64,000 nucleotides of DNA from Octopus vulgaris (Eukaryota). Under the pieces are notes generated by a model. The model was not told where the DNA came from. It was given only the letters and a program-made list of their open reading frames with translations, and ran no database searches. The translations under genes and the position numbers were made by a program. Below are positions 13,501 to 57,514 of this stretch, one piece after another (within the stretch, counting starts at the first letter, position 1; the number at the start of each line of letters is the position of its first letter). The stretch lies in the NCBI GenBank assembly GCA_951406725.2, contig OX597838.1:24242001-24306000 (forward strand). The letters are read 5' to 3'.

Positions 13501-16305
13501 GGAGTGATATTCCTGAAGGATCTATGCGCTGAATACGTGCGCTTCGGCGTGTTGGAGTATACACCCTGGACAGAAGAAGCAGAAGATATGTAAAGATGCC
13601 AACAAAACTAAAAAATAAACAAATAAAATACCATATACTGTAAACAAGAGGATATCAGTTTCCATAGTTTACTTCAGCTATCAACATCATCTTTTTAAGC
13701 TGCTATATATAAGGGGTTGCTGAAAACTTCTGGCTTTAAGGGTATCACAAAAGGCTTGGTTGGAAGCTCAGCCCTCTGAGTTCTTTGACAGGGCTTAGAA
13801 AAACTGAAGGACCGCTGCAATAAGTGTGTGAATCTGAGAGGGGAATATGTTGAATAAAATCATAATTTATTGTTCCTCCTGTATTTTCTTTTACCTAAAA
13901 CCAGGAACTTTGCAGCTCCCTGATGGGCAACTCAAGACAATGTGATCTCAGTCCAAAACATTGCATTGCCCACTTTCATGGCAATTTCATTGTAATCCTT
14001 CTGCAACTTTCTCCAAATAACGCAAGGTTTGCCGACACAAACTGCCACCACTTCCCTTGGCTTCTGTTTTTATTGGACAGCAAAAAAAATGTAATTTGGA
14101 GACCATGAAGTAAGAGGCATGATAGAAAACTCAAAATACTAAGATACAAATTCAGGCACAAAGGTAAAAAGAAATTCTTTTAAAAATCTTTACCTCTTTG
14201 GTTTTGGTGTAGTTTTCTGTTTTGATTTTGGATTAGTTTTCTGTTTAACTGGCATCGTGGCATCAAACATATGTTTGGCCTGTAAGAGAATTGTAGTCAA
14301 TGACAGATTCATTGGTTTATACAGTGTTAAGTGATAGCTAGGGCTTCTATTGATCAAGGGTGGCCATGGTTCTGCACATGTATACATGTTGCCAGGCCAA
14401 GATTTTCTGAGGAAGACCAGTCATTATTCAGATCATGCATTCAAAGTCTCATTTCTCTTTGGCACCAACATTTATCCAAGGAAAAGGCTGTTCATTTGAA
14501 CTGATACAGTTTGGCACCAGTGGCGTTGGTATCAAAAGATACCAGAAAAATCTTCTACTTTCAAGAACACAACACACTACATGGTCTGGGAAATGAAACC
14601 ACAATAGAAAGATCATGAGTATAACACACTAATCACATGCATACATCTTTACACATGCATACATACATTTACACACACATATATCATACATAAATATATT
14701 GTGGCACTGTCAGTTATGATGACAAGGGTTCCAGTTGATCCGATCAACGGAACAGCTTGCTCATGAAATTAACGTGCAAGTGACTGAGCACTCCACAGAC
14801 ATAGTCTTACTATGTTCACAGCTGAGGTTCAGTCTATAAACAATAGAAAAATATACACACCTGAGAAACAAGCTGTGGTTTACATACCTGAAAAATGCCA
14901 ATTGAAGCCATGAATCTCACATTGTCTCGTACATTTTCTTGTCGTTTCCGTTCATATTCAGAAATATTTGAGATCTTTGAAGAAAAACAAAAACATGAGA
15001 AATATTTAATTTTCACAACCATCAGGTGCAGGTGTGGTCATGTGGTAAGTAGCTTGCTTCCCAACCACATGTTCTGGGTTCAGTCCCACTGTGTGGCACC
15101 TTGGGCAAGTGTCATCTAATATAGCCTCGGGCCAACCAAAGCCTTGTGAGTGGATTTGGTAGAGGGAAACTGAAAGAAGCTTGTTATATGTGTGTGTGTG
15201 TCTTTATGTTTGTCCTTCTACCATTGCTTGAAAACCGGTGTTGGTGTGCTTACGACCCCATAACTTAGCAGTTCGGCAAAAGAGACCAATAGAATAAATA
15301 TTAAACTTACAAAGAATAAATCTCGGGGTTGATTTCTTCAACTAAAAAACCCTCTACCCTCATAACATCGGCTGACATAAATTTATGTGTACTGTGTACT
15401 CACTTTGAATCAGATAACGAAAATATACACAACTTTATCTGTTGCAGTTTTGTACCTGTTGATATAAATATCCACAATCACTCATGGAATCAAAAATAGG
15501 GGCCACCATTTCAAGGAATCTGATAGGTTTGTTAGACACTTCATGTAAATATTTCCAACTCAGTTCAAGACCTTATCACCATTTCCTCTATGACTTCCTA
15601 TCAAATTCATACACGTTTAACAAATTCTTCTAGCCCTTCACAGAATTTAATCGCATCCAGCCATGCCAGTTTTGTTGAATTTATGGTCCTCCTCACAGTG
15701 ATAATAGTTTACGTAAATAAACAGTGAATGCTTTAAAGCAGTCAACATAAATATATGCTGAACCGTTGTCATATGCTAATTGCTGATCTTGGCCAAGATG
15801 ACAACCATCAATGCAACCTAGTTGCCAGATAAAAAAAACAAACTGTTGTCATGGGGTTAAGGCGGCGCTCCAGCATGGCCGCAGTCAGATGACAAATGTG
15901 TAAAACAATAAAATACCAAGAATTTTACAAAGAAGTAAGTAAGCTATGTCTTTCCCTCCTGTTTATGTCATCATTTAACATCCCTTTTTCCATGCTGGCA
16001 TGGGTTGGATGCTTCCACAGGGACCAAAGAGCCAGAGGGTTGCACCAAACTCCAACGTCTACTTTGGCATGGTTTCTAAGGCTGGATGCCCTTCATAATG
16101 CAACCTGGCAGAATTGTTAGCATGGTGGGCTAAGTGCCTAGCAGCATTTCATCTGTCTTCACATTCTAAGCTTAAATTCTGCCAAGGTTGACTGTGTTTT
16201 TCATCCTTGTTGGGGTCAACAGAATAAGTGCCATTTGAACACTGGGGTCAATGCAAACAACTCCCTTTCCCCATAATTTTTGGCCTTGTGCCTACAGCAG
16301 GATTA

Positions 16306-16343
<38 letters not shown>

Positions 16344-19300
16344 TGTGGTAAGTAGCTTACTTACCAACCACATGGTTCCAGGTTCGCTCCTAATGCGTGG
16401 CACCTTGGGCAAGTGTCTTCTACTATAGCCTCAAGTTGACCAAAAACTTCTAAGTGGATCTGGTAGACAGAAACTGAAAGAAGCCTGTCAAATATATGTG
16501 TATATATATGTCTGTGATTGCCCCCCACACTATCACTTGACAACTGATGTTGGTGTGTTTGCGTCCCCGTAACTTAGCAGTTCGGCACAAGTGATAGAAT
16601 AAGTACTAGGCTTACAAAGAATAAGTCCTGGGGTTGATTTGTTCAACTAAAGATGGTGCTCCAGCAGTCAAAATGACTGAAACAAGAATATATATACATA
16701 TATATATATATAGGCTCAGGTGTGGTAAGGAGTTTGCTTCCCAACCACATGGTTCCCAGTTCAGTTCCAATGCATGGCACCTTGGGCAAGTGTCTTCTAC
16801 TATAGCCTCAAGTTCACTGAAGTTTTGTGAGTAGATGTGGTAGCAGGAAACTGAAAGAAGCTCGTCAGGAAACTGAAAGAAGCTCGTCATATATATATAT
16901 ATATATATATATCTATGTATGCGTGTCTTTGTGTGTCCCCCACCAATCATCGCTTGACAACTGGTGCATTTACGTCCCCGTAGCTTAGTGGTTCACTAAA
17001 AAAGACTGATAGAATAAGTACTAGGCTTAAAAAACAATAAATCCTGGGGTTGATTTGCTTGACTAAAACCCTTCAAGGTGGTGCTCCAGCATGGCCACAA
17101 TCAAATGAGAGAAACAAATAAAAGATATATATATACACACATATATGTTTCTCTGCTGAAATATTGGTTTCAAATTTTGGTACAAGGCCAGCGGAGAGTG
17201 ACTAAGTCGATTAAATCAACCTCAGTACACAATTGGTATTTATTTTATTGACCCCCAAAAGGAAAAAAAGGCAAAGTCAACACAGGCGGAATTTGAACTC
17301 AGAACATCAAAACAGATGAAGTATCTCAGCTGAAAACAACAACAATATTCACATACCTTGAAATCGAGATCATTTATTTCATTCAGAACCGAAGTATGTT
17401 CTATGGTTGGCCGATCCTCTTGGTCAGTGGCCTTTTTCAACTTGGTCTTTGTGTAGTTTTCATTTTCACGCTGCTCATGGACATCCGCATTGTTCTTCAG
17501 AAGAATAAAAAATAAAAAGTAAGCATGTAAACACACACCAACACTAGTTGTCAAGTGGTGGTGGTAGACAGACACTAACACACACATATACTCTTTACTC
17601 TTACTCTTTTACTTGTTTCAGTCATTTGACTGCGGCCATGCTGGAGCACCGCCTTTAGTCAAGCAAATCGACCCCGGGACTTATTCTTTGTAAGCCCAGT
17701 ACTTATTCTATCGGTCACTTTTGCCGAACCACTACGTGACGGGGACATAAACACACCAGCATCAGTTGTCAAGCAATGCTAGGGGGACAAACACAGACAC
17801 ACAAACATATATATACATACATACATACATATATATGACGGGCTTCTTTCAGTTTCCGTCTACCAAATCCACTCACAAGGCATTGGTCGGCCCGGGGCTA
17901 TAGCAGAAGACACTTGCCCAAGATGCCACGCAGTGGGACTGAACCCGGAACCATGTGGTTGGTTAGCAAGCTACTTACCACACAGCCACTCCTGCGGCTA
18001 TATGCATTAATAACAAGAAATACTTCACAGAAAGAGATTTTATACTTTTATTAATACATTGCTACATGTGTTTCAGCATGACATGTATTTTTGTGGGATC
18101 ACTTCATTCATATCCATAGGATATTATCAAATATTATTTACGAGCAAAACGCCCCCCTCCCCCGTCCAATGGACAGTGCTCAGTTGTCAAAGTGGGCTTT
18201 TTTTGCGCAAATGCACGTGCATTTTTCTCGCGTACACGTAATATCGATCGCAACAGCTGATGTACTTGCGTGTACAAATGCACGTTACCACGGCTTTATC
18301 GATCGCATTCTCACCTGGAATTGATTTTTATCATTTTTTCAAGACTCTGATACCGTCGGTATCTACATATCAAATTTGAGCGCAATCGGATGGAGGATAC
18401 CCAAGATCCTAGAACACACAGAAGGGATTTCATATAATATATAATATCGATGGACCCTATGGGAGTCCGTTAATTAGACATTCAGGCACTTTTTGCATTA
18501 GTTTACATTGGATTTCCTTGTTGTTTAGACTTCAGGATATTGATCATTCTACACCAATCAAAAAGTTTTGTTGGATTAACGGGCAGTGTGTGTGAATTCT
18601 TAAAAAGTACAAGACAGATGGATGTATTGATAGAGGCAAGAACTTTGAGAAGGATTATTTTGTTCGTTGGTAACATAGACGTAGGAGTGGCTGTGTGGTA
18701 AGTTGCTTGCTTCCCAACCACATGGTTCCGGGTTCAGTCCCACTGCGTGGCACCTTGGGCAAGTGTCTTCTGCTATAGCCTTGGGCTGACCAAAGCTTTG
18801 TGAGTGGATTTGGTAGACGGAAACTGAAAGAAGCCCGTCGTATATATGTATGTGTATATATGTTTGTGTGTCTGTGTTTGTGCACCCAACATCACTTGAC
18901 AACCGATGCTGGTGGGTTTACGTTCCCGTAACTTAGCGGTTCGGCAAAAGAGACCGATAGAATAAGTACTAGGCATACAAAGAATAAGTCCTGTGGTCGA
19001 TTTGCTCGACTAAAGGTGGTGCTCTAGCATGGCCACAGTCACATGACTGAAACAAGTAAGAGAGTAAAAGAGGAGTTAAACCAGAATTCCGTCACAACAA
19101 AATCCTATTAGATAAGTGTCGAATCAGATTAAAAATGTCACAGTATACATACAAGCTATTACTAACGCTCCACGGTTGGGCTGTCATCGGTGACAGCAAC
19201 TCACCTCGCTTCTAGTAACGGAACTTTAGGAGTCCCACTCTCGTGTACGAAGGATAGAAGGACATTCTGACACGACAAAAACAGAAACCTACTATCGAGA

Positions 19301-19524
19301 ATGGATGAACTCCACAACGTAACCTTTCAACAGAGTAGGATTCTTTGGCGAAAGTAAAGAATAGGTGCAGGAGTGGCTGTGTGGTAAGTAGCTTGTTTAC
19401 CAACCACATGGTTCCAGGTTCAGTCCCACTGCGTGGAACCTTGGGCAGGTGTCTTCTACTATAGCCTCGGGCCGACCAGTCTTGCGAGTGGATTTGGTAG
19501 ATGGAAACTGAAAGAAGCCCGTCG

Positions 19525-19559
<35 letters not shown>

Positions 19560-21179
19560 ATGTATTTGTGTGTCTGTGTTTGTCCCCCTAGCATTGCTTG
19601 ACAGCCGATGCTGGTGTGTTTATGTCCCCGTCACTTAGCGGTTCGGCAAAAGAGACCGATAGAATAAGTACTGGGCTTACAAGGAATAAGTCCCGGGGTC
19701 GAGTTGCTCGATTAAAGGCGGTGCTCCAGCATGGCCGCAGTCAAATGACTGAAACAAGTAAATATAAAAAAAAAAATACGTACACCCGGTGTTAGGGTTA
19801 GGATTTTTGTTACGCCGAAAACGGGTGGTGTACGTATTCTTTAGCTCTGCCGGGTTTCTTTAACTTGTCTAGCATTTGGCAAACCCCTATACAAGGTTGT
19901 CTCTCAGCTGTAACTAGCCTTGCCGTTCGTCTTACCCAGGGAGTTTTAGAATAACTGTTCCTCGAAGTCTCATACTTTGTGTTAAAAGGATATATGGAAG
20001 CGAAATTATATGATTAAAAAAAAAAACTGAAGTGCTTGAATTTTGTTTATTTACAGTTTCGTAATTACCGTTGTATGAAACAGAAATACTAAGAAAATAA
20101 ACAACAATTAGAGAGCCATTCCAAGATTCCGCCAACATATTTCGCCACATTGTTGAGAACGACATGTACATGTCATTTCAGTCTCATAGACAAAAAAAAA
20201 AAAATTATAAACGACTGTAGGGACGGGACTGACCTGGGTGGGGACCTCTGAGCAGTACCGTCTTGAGGTATAAACACGCTGAATAGTTGTCCCAAAGCCC
20301 TACGGGTGCAGGACCCATAATTAATCTATATATTCATGTAGGTTGTATATGTAGGGATGTATATGTACATTGGTACATTTATATATTTGTTGTGCAAGAT
20401 TTTTTTATGTGAAGTCGTGTGTTAAAACAGATATTGTTATTATATTACGGAATGGTCATTTTGCCAGTTTAGGAGTGTGACGAAAGAACTCTGGCCGAAA
20501 TACGATTAAGATTAATGTAAAAAGTAAATAACACTGAAGCAAAATAACACCAAATATATAGTGTGTGTGTTTTTATTGGCTAAACTGGCAAAATGACCAT
20601 TCCGAAATATAACAATATATGTACATTTCTGCGCTCAAGGGGGACATATGGGACATTGCTATAACGGCCCTGCCAACAGAATTTTTTTTTTTTTTTTTTG
20701 AGGGGATACACTTTTTTCCGAGTCTATTTTCCCTTCTGTCAATGCTTATCTTCAATATTTGCAACTATTTTTAGAGAGCCTAGGAAATTCTCAACTCTAA
20801 TACGAACTATGAGCGAAGGCAAAAATAACAACAAACGACGGCAGATTAAAACCGCTCGGCAAATATGACTAAAAAAAAGCAAATATTATAAATGAATCAT
20901 GTATTTCTAGTTAATATTGAACTTCAAATAAATTTAGGAGGAAAAAATGTTTGACTTGCTCTTGTTTCTAAGTTTCTCAACATATTATATAAGATTGCGT
21001 ATATCTAAATATAGAACGAAGTTCTTAACATGTTTGTTACATAACACGCACGTTTAATGTTACTTTTTCGAACGATTGAGATAAATATATGAAAGAAGAG
21101 AATTAAAAATTACCTTCGTTTCCACATTTTTATCTTCGGAAATGGAACTATAACTTCTTTTCCTGCTGCTTTTATTCAT
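2079..21179 (-). CDS. WDR76: WD repeat-containing protein 76 (WDR76/Cmr1 family), 14 coding exons, 541 aa
   Basis: Manually spliced exons: 21114-21179, 17357-17494, 14888-14974, 14194-14279, 13463-13565, 12418-12572, 10754-10907, 9595-9753, 7336-7457, 6815-6916, 5332-5478, 3785-3838, 3328-3430, 2079-2228. Total 1626 nt, all GT-AG, phases consistent, ends TAA. Family motifs: SEYERKRQENV, PTRRSARI, KVVESRIFSVVMHPS..GKWGSIGLWD, SCSYDGTLR, HNNQTGRWLTKFRATWHP, GANASGKLHVF. Confidence 0.93.
3328..3430 (-). CDS. WDR76: WDR76 exon 13 (HNNQTGRWLTKFRATWHP..GSMNRPRQ)
   Basis: Hallmark WDR76/Cmr1/DDB2-clade HNNxTGRWLT motif; CAG|GTAAGA donor. Confidence 0.95.
3785..3838 (-). CDS. WDR76: WDR76 exon 12 (IYDSSKLSSSILCLYSI)
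   Basis: 54-nt phase 2-2 exon; TTTCAG acceptor, AG|GTAAAT donor; completes DDRIRIYD. Confidence 0.88.
5332..5478 (-). CDS. WDR76: WDR76 exon 11 (TVSLWDLR..VDSAYFSPLTGKYILSTAQDDRI)
   Basis: WD40 motif; TTGCAG acceptor, AG|GTATGA donor. Confidence 0.95.
6815..6916 (-). CDS. WDR76: WDR76 exon 10 (HKGLRSVDIHPVKREYFVTAGLD)
   Basis: WD40 motif; TTCCAG acceptor, GTAAGT donor. Confidence 0.93.
6967..7190 (+). repeat. Degenerate 42-60 bp tandem repeat
   Basis: Recurring GGGACATTACATGTAG.TATGGACC..GTTTGTCA. Confidence 0.7.
7336..7457 (-). CDS. WDR76: WDR76 exon 9 (IYYTPEEDDVLLRNFSF..DGDVAIVDIRTK)
   Basis: TTGTAG acceptor, AG|GTTGGC donor, phase 0-2. Confidence 0.9.
7515..7982. mobile_element. Tc1/mariner-superfamily (Tc2/pogo-type) MITE, 468 bp
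   Basis: 22-bp TIR CCGTAAATCCTCGAGTATAGTC / GATTATACTCGAGGATTTACGG (1 mismatch), TA on both sides. Confidence 0.88.
8243..8548 (+). mobile_element. tRNA-derived SINE family D (V/CORE-like central domain)
   Basis: TGGCTTAGTAG..GAGTTCAATTCCC..TCCTTGAGCAAGGCACTTTA. Inverted copies at about 14700-14800, 24785-24890, 25140-25345 and 28360-28600. Confidence 0.65.
9595..9753 (-). CDS. WDR76: WDR76 exon 8 (FNPHTKPVNCLAFNP..YSCSYDGTLR)
   Basis: WD40 motif; TTCCAG acceptor, GTAAGT donor, 159 nt. Confidence 0.95.
10754..10907 (-). CDS. WDR76: WDR76 exon 7 (first WD40 blade: KVVESRIFSVVMHPSKEKILVGAGGKWGSIGLWDV)
   Basis: WD40 motif; TGTAG acceptor, GTG|GTAAGT donor. Confidence 0.95.
11000..11490 (+). 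mobile_element. Degenerate RTE-type LINE 3' end
   Basis: Frameshifted KLGMRGIICNVQERRL/WFGH..RPRKAW..EMTENRDMW, followed by the same 3'UTR family as 43840-44407. Confidence 0.65.
12418..12572 (-). CDS. WDR76: WDR76 exon 6 (ERKPLGPLKMSDL...SASLQ)
   Basis: TTTTAG acceptor, AG|GTATCT donor, open frame, phase 0-2. Confidence 0.88.
12880..13262 (-). repeat. 26-bp minisatellite
   Basis: Plus-strand unit GTGGCACCTGCACCAGTGCAGTTTAC, attached to an RTE-3'UTR-family copy. Confidence 0.9.
13463..13565 (-). CDS. WDR76: WDR76 exon 5 (VYTPTRRSARIQRIDPSG...EEKM)
   Basis: TCCAG acceptor, ATG|GTAAGC donor, RRSxR motif, phase 2-0. Confidence 0.9.
13711..13922 (+). mobile_element. Mariner-derived MITE (partial sister copy at about 5610-5752, opposite strand)
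   Basis: Imperfect TIR GGGGTTGCTGAAAACTTCTGG / CCAGGAACTTTGCAGCTCCC; internal LEKLKDRCNKCVNLRGEYVE* resembles a mariner C-terminus. Confidence 0.75.
14194..14279 (-). CDS. WDR76: WDR76 exon 4 (AKHMFDATMPVKQK...PKPK)
   Basis: TTACAG acceptor, AG|GTAAAG donor, phase 0-2, basic linker. Confidence 0.88.
14888..14974 (-). CDS. WDR76: WDR76 exon 3 (ISNISEYERKRQENVRDNVRFMASIGIFQ)
   Basis: N-terminal SEYERKR motif typical of WDR76/Cmr1; AG/GT sites, 87 nt. Confidence 0.92.
17357..17494 (-). CDS. WDR76: WDR76 exon 2 (NNADVHEQ...NDLDFK)
   Basis: AAG acceptor after a pyrimidine tract, donor AAG|GTATGT, 138 nt, phase 0-0. Confidence 0.75.
17590..17997 (-). mobile_element. SINE family A, full-length inverted copy
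   Basis: Reverse complement of the 18682-19072 type. Confidence 0.9.
18682..19072 (+). mobile_element. tRNA-derived SINE family A (about 400 bp, internal (TA/TG)n); more than 20 copies in the window
   Basis: A-box TGGCTGTGTGG, B-box GGTTCAGTCCC, 3' tail GGTGCTCCAGCATGGCC.CAGTC....GACTGAAACAAGTAAAAGAG (consensus). Other copies at about 4028-4365, 16715-17125, 17590-17997(-), 19362-19762, 24063-24455(-), 32066-32468(-), 40014-40415, 46147-46568(-), 60178-60580 and 63698-64000. Confidence 0.9.
21114..21179 (-). CDS. WDR76: WDR76 coding exon 1 (MNKSSRKRSYSSISEDKNVETK)
   Basis: ATG at 21179, donor AAG|GTAATT, phase 0. An in-frame upstream ATG at 21245 is an alternative start. Confidence 0.75.
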
Positions 21180-21973
21180 GTTCTTTGAAGAAAGTGACGG
21201 GGATAGATGCAAATACGTGTACCATCCAATGAAGACTAATTCCATGTATTAACGCCGAAATTCGCGCTCTCTGACGTCACCATTCACTCCGAATGAATTC
21301 CACTCGTTGCTGCTACAACATTATTATTATTAGTAGTAGTAATAATATTAATAATAATAATAATACGTTGAAATTTTGAAGAAAGACAAGCTTGCAATTT
21401 ATTTAAAAAATATAACTGTCATAGAGGTGCGAATTAAATCGACTTTGCTCAGAGTTACAATAACAAAAAGACATATAGGTGTCTGTGTCTGTACGTGTAT
21501 GTATGTATATTATATATATATATATATTATCTCAGTATAGATTTGAAATGAGAAAAATAAAACCTAATCGCAAAATATGTATGTGTTGGTGTGTGTGTAT
21601 TATTGATTGGGCAAGGAAAGGCGAAGGCCGTTCCCTTAAAGAATTTCGTCAGGTATAAAAAAAAAAAGCGATTCTTTTCTTTATGGTGGGTTTACAATTG
21701 CTGAAATTATTCCTATATTTCACCACATTTTCAGATTTTGCTTTCAGTCAGTTGTTATTTGAAGATATGGAGAGAAACATTTTACACTTTATAAACGAGA
21801 GAAAAAAAACGAGAGAAAAAAAACCACCGTTGAATAAGCAAAACGCTTTTCAGAAAAAAAAAACTTTTAAAAGCAGAAAGAAAAAAAAACTTTTTCCAAA
21901 CCTGTCAGAGGTTACTTCCGGTGCAGCATGTTTATATACTTTTCACAGGGTTGTTATAACGGTTGCTATGGTA
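21180..21973. promoter_or_regulatory. Putative bidirectional promoter between WDR76 and the ankyrin gene
   Basis: Divergent ATGs about 795 bp apart. CRE TGACGTCA 21272-21279; E2F-like CGCCGAAATTCGCGC 21253-21267; CCAAT/ATTGG at 21226 and 21606; ETS ACTTCCGG 21914-21921; X-box-like GTTGCTATGGTAAT 21962-21975. No transposon recognised in the interval. Confidence 0.7.
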
Positions 21974-54469
<32,496 letters not shown>

Positions 54470-55457
54470 GAGAGAGAATTGGCACCAGCTTCAAGGAACA
54501 AAACACATACTACAAATTGAAAATTCCTAGGAATATAGTTTACCTTTTTCTTGAACAAATTTTTACGAAATATCCCAACTACGAGTTTTGAAAATAATCA
54601 AAAATTCAGAGCGACTTATTTAGTAAAATAACCACTTTTTTGGGGTGCTTTTTTTTTCATTATTAAACTGTTTGTTTGGAATATAATATTAATCTAATGT
54701 TCAAGACTTTGGAATTGGCTTTTTTGTATTGTAGAACTAGTACCGGTCTCAGGTAAATTAGTGTGGAAAGGGTTAAGGACAGAAAGGGAAATGTGACTAT
54801 GTGCCATAAGAAGGAATAATTCTGAAATCTTTTGCATTTCACAATTCTTCATTGACAAAAGCTGAAAGAAAAGATAGTTCTTTCTTCTTTTCTTTCCTTT
54901 TTCCTTTCTTTATTTTTCCTCCTTTCTTTCTGTATATGTATATCTGTCTATCTATCTATATATATATATATATATATATAAACCAAATATTAGTGCGGAA
55001 TTATTGGTACCTCAACTTAAGTACCTAATTAATCTTCGTCAACCAACCAAATATGTATATATATATATATATATATATAAGAAAAGAACATGGGTAGTGA
55101 CATGGTACTCTTCTATTTCATGTTACACACACATACATATATATATATATAAAGAGTTGAAATAAACAGAAAACAAATTGTTGATATTTCAGATATTTCA
55201 TTATGTATGTTTCAATAACCAATAAAGTACACATCATTTCATCAGATGGAAAACATTGAAATGTAAACCAGATTGAAATGCTACTCTTATACAGCAAAGA
55301 ATCCTGCTTCAACCAAAAAGAAAAAAAAATTGAACATAAGTGTTAATTAAGGGATAGAAGATAAAACTGATTTTAACGAGGAGGTCTGAGAGAGACCATA
55401 AGATATATGAAAAAAAAAAAAAAAAAATAGGAAACAAAAATAAGATAAGCCAACACT

Positions 55458-55497
<40 letters not shown>

Positions 55498-55747
55498 ATA
55501 ATAATAAATATTAGGGAATAAATCCAAATTTACAGGGAAAAATCAGATTTAGGATTAAATCCAATTTTATAGTAAAATATTATATATATTAATTAGAGAC
55601 AAAACCACTATTTTGCAAAACAAACAAGGAAAGACTTAATCAATACATAAAATTTTAATAAAAAGTTTATTAAAATTTTTATTAAAATTGTATGTATTGA
55701 TTAAGTCTTTCCTTGTTTGTTTTGCAAAATAGTGGTTTTGTCTCTAA

Positions 55748-55791
<44 letters not shown>

Positions 55792-57514
55792 GGAAAGTTT
55801 ACGAAAATAAACAAAAGACGAAGGCAGGTGGTGTACAAACAAACAGACGTGTTAGTATAGCGCTCAAGAATAGAAAAAGTCTTTTAAGTTTCGAGCCTAC
55901 ATGCATCCCATTCGTATATATATGCATAGATATATACTGGACAACAGTTCAGCAATCGCATCTTTTTTGTTAATGCTTTTTACTTTAGGATTCACTTCCA
56001 CCATATGTGATACTTTCATAAGTTTTCTCCATAAGGTGGTGAGCTGGCAGAATCATTAGCACGCTGGGCAAAATGCTTAGTGGCCTTTCATCTGTTTTCA
56101 CATTCTGAGTTCAAATCCTGCCACGGTCAACTTTGTCTTTTGTCCTTTCAGGATCAATAAAATAAGTACCAACGGAATATTGGGGTTGATGTAATCATCT
56201 TACTCGTGTCCCCAAAATTGCTGGACATGTGCTAAAATATGAAATCAACATCTCTATTACCATGAACAATATCTACCTATCTTCCTCGGTCCACTACAAC
56301 CTAGTGGCTCCCATTCTTATCTCCACTGCTTTTCTTCTCACCCCTAAACACACTAAATCTACCATGCATTTCTCTCAATTCCTTTGACTTTGCCAGCATT
56401 GATTTGGATTTTGAACCCCTAATGCCAAACAGTGCAGTAATTCTTTCTGAATCGGGGGTACCCACAATCAGTTGTGGACCCTGCTGTCCATCATTGACTG
56501 TGCCGTTGCTTTCCTACTCCCTTGATGCACATATACAGATTGTATACTACTCTCTCATCTTCCGTCCATGCATCTTCCCATTGAAAGATAAACTCAATTG
56601 CAACTTCCATTTTCTACTTTCCGATCCCATAATCACTCCAGTCTTTCTCACGCAGCCTCTCCTTGCCATTTTTTTAAAGGCAAAGAGAGGTGGTGCAGGA
56701 AAACCTTGGAAATCTCCCAGTAAGAAGCTCCTCAGCACCCAACCCCATGCACTTTTAAATGTACTCAATGATGATACGCCTGCTTGTATGTTAACAATAC
56801 AACTACCATCACTGGACCTAAGACACAACATCATATCGGTTTCAAATTTTGGTACAAGGCCAGCAATTTTAGGGGAGGGGAAGTCAATTACATCGACCTC
56901 AGTAGCCAATTGGTAAATGTTTTATCAACTCTAGAAGGGTGAAGGACAGAGCTGACCTCGACTGTATCTGAGCTCAGAACATAAAGCCCTGGAAGAAATG
57001 CCACTGAGCATTTTGCCTGGTGCAGTAATGACTCTGCTGTAACAACCATGGTAATAATGTAGGTACCGTACTTAAATTATGTCATCACCTGACATAAAGC
57101 CACATTTCTCAATGCTATTCCCTCCTAGGCTGAGGTGGGTCTTGCCTTGCAAGTTACTTGGTAAAACCTCACTAGTGCCATAATCATGTAAAAAGCATTA
57201 TCCAGTACACTGTACTGTAAAGTGGTTGGCATTAGGAAGGGCATCCAGCTGTACAAACAATGTTGAAACAGACATTGGAGCCTAGGGCAATCCTCTGGCT
57301 TGCCAGCTCCTGTTGAACTGTCCAACCCATGCCAGCATGGCAAGCAGATTTTGAATGATGATGAAGATGATGATGAATATGTATCAAGATGTAGTAAATG
57401 ATAGTATGTATGTATAATGATGCTTAAGAAAACAGACAATGGAAAAAGAAAGACTGTAGGATGTAAACTGTCATGAAGACCCACTCACCACAACAAAATT
57501 GAGATCCTAAAACC

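Noticed and set aside
18600-18976. Recurring peptides LLSVSVYQIH..TCPRCHAVGLNPEPCGW and ASFSFRLPNPLTRLWSARGY
   Set aside because: Antisense translations of SINE family A, not a protein family.
19790-19802. TTAGGG telomere-like repeat
   Set aside because: Only about two units; too short to call interstitial telomeric sequence.
20476-20510. TGACGA...CCGAAA hammerhead-like spacing
   Set aside because: Lacks the core C and convincing stems.
56404-56916. 170-aa and 120-aa overlapping ORFs
   Set aside because: Non-ATG starts, overlap a SINE at one end, no recognisable motif; left unassigned.
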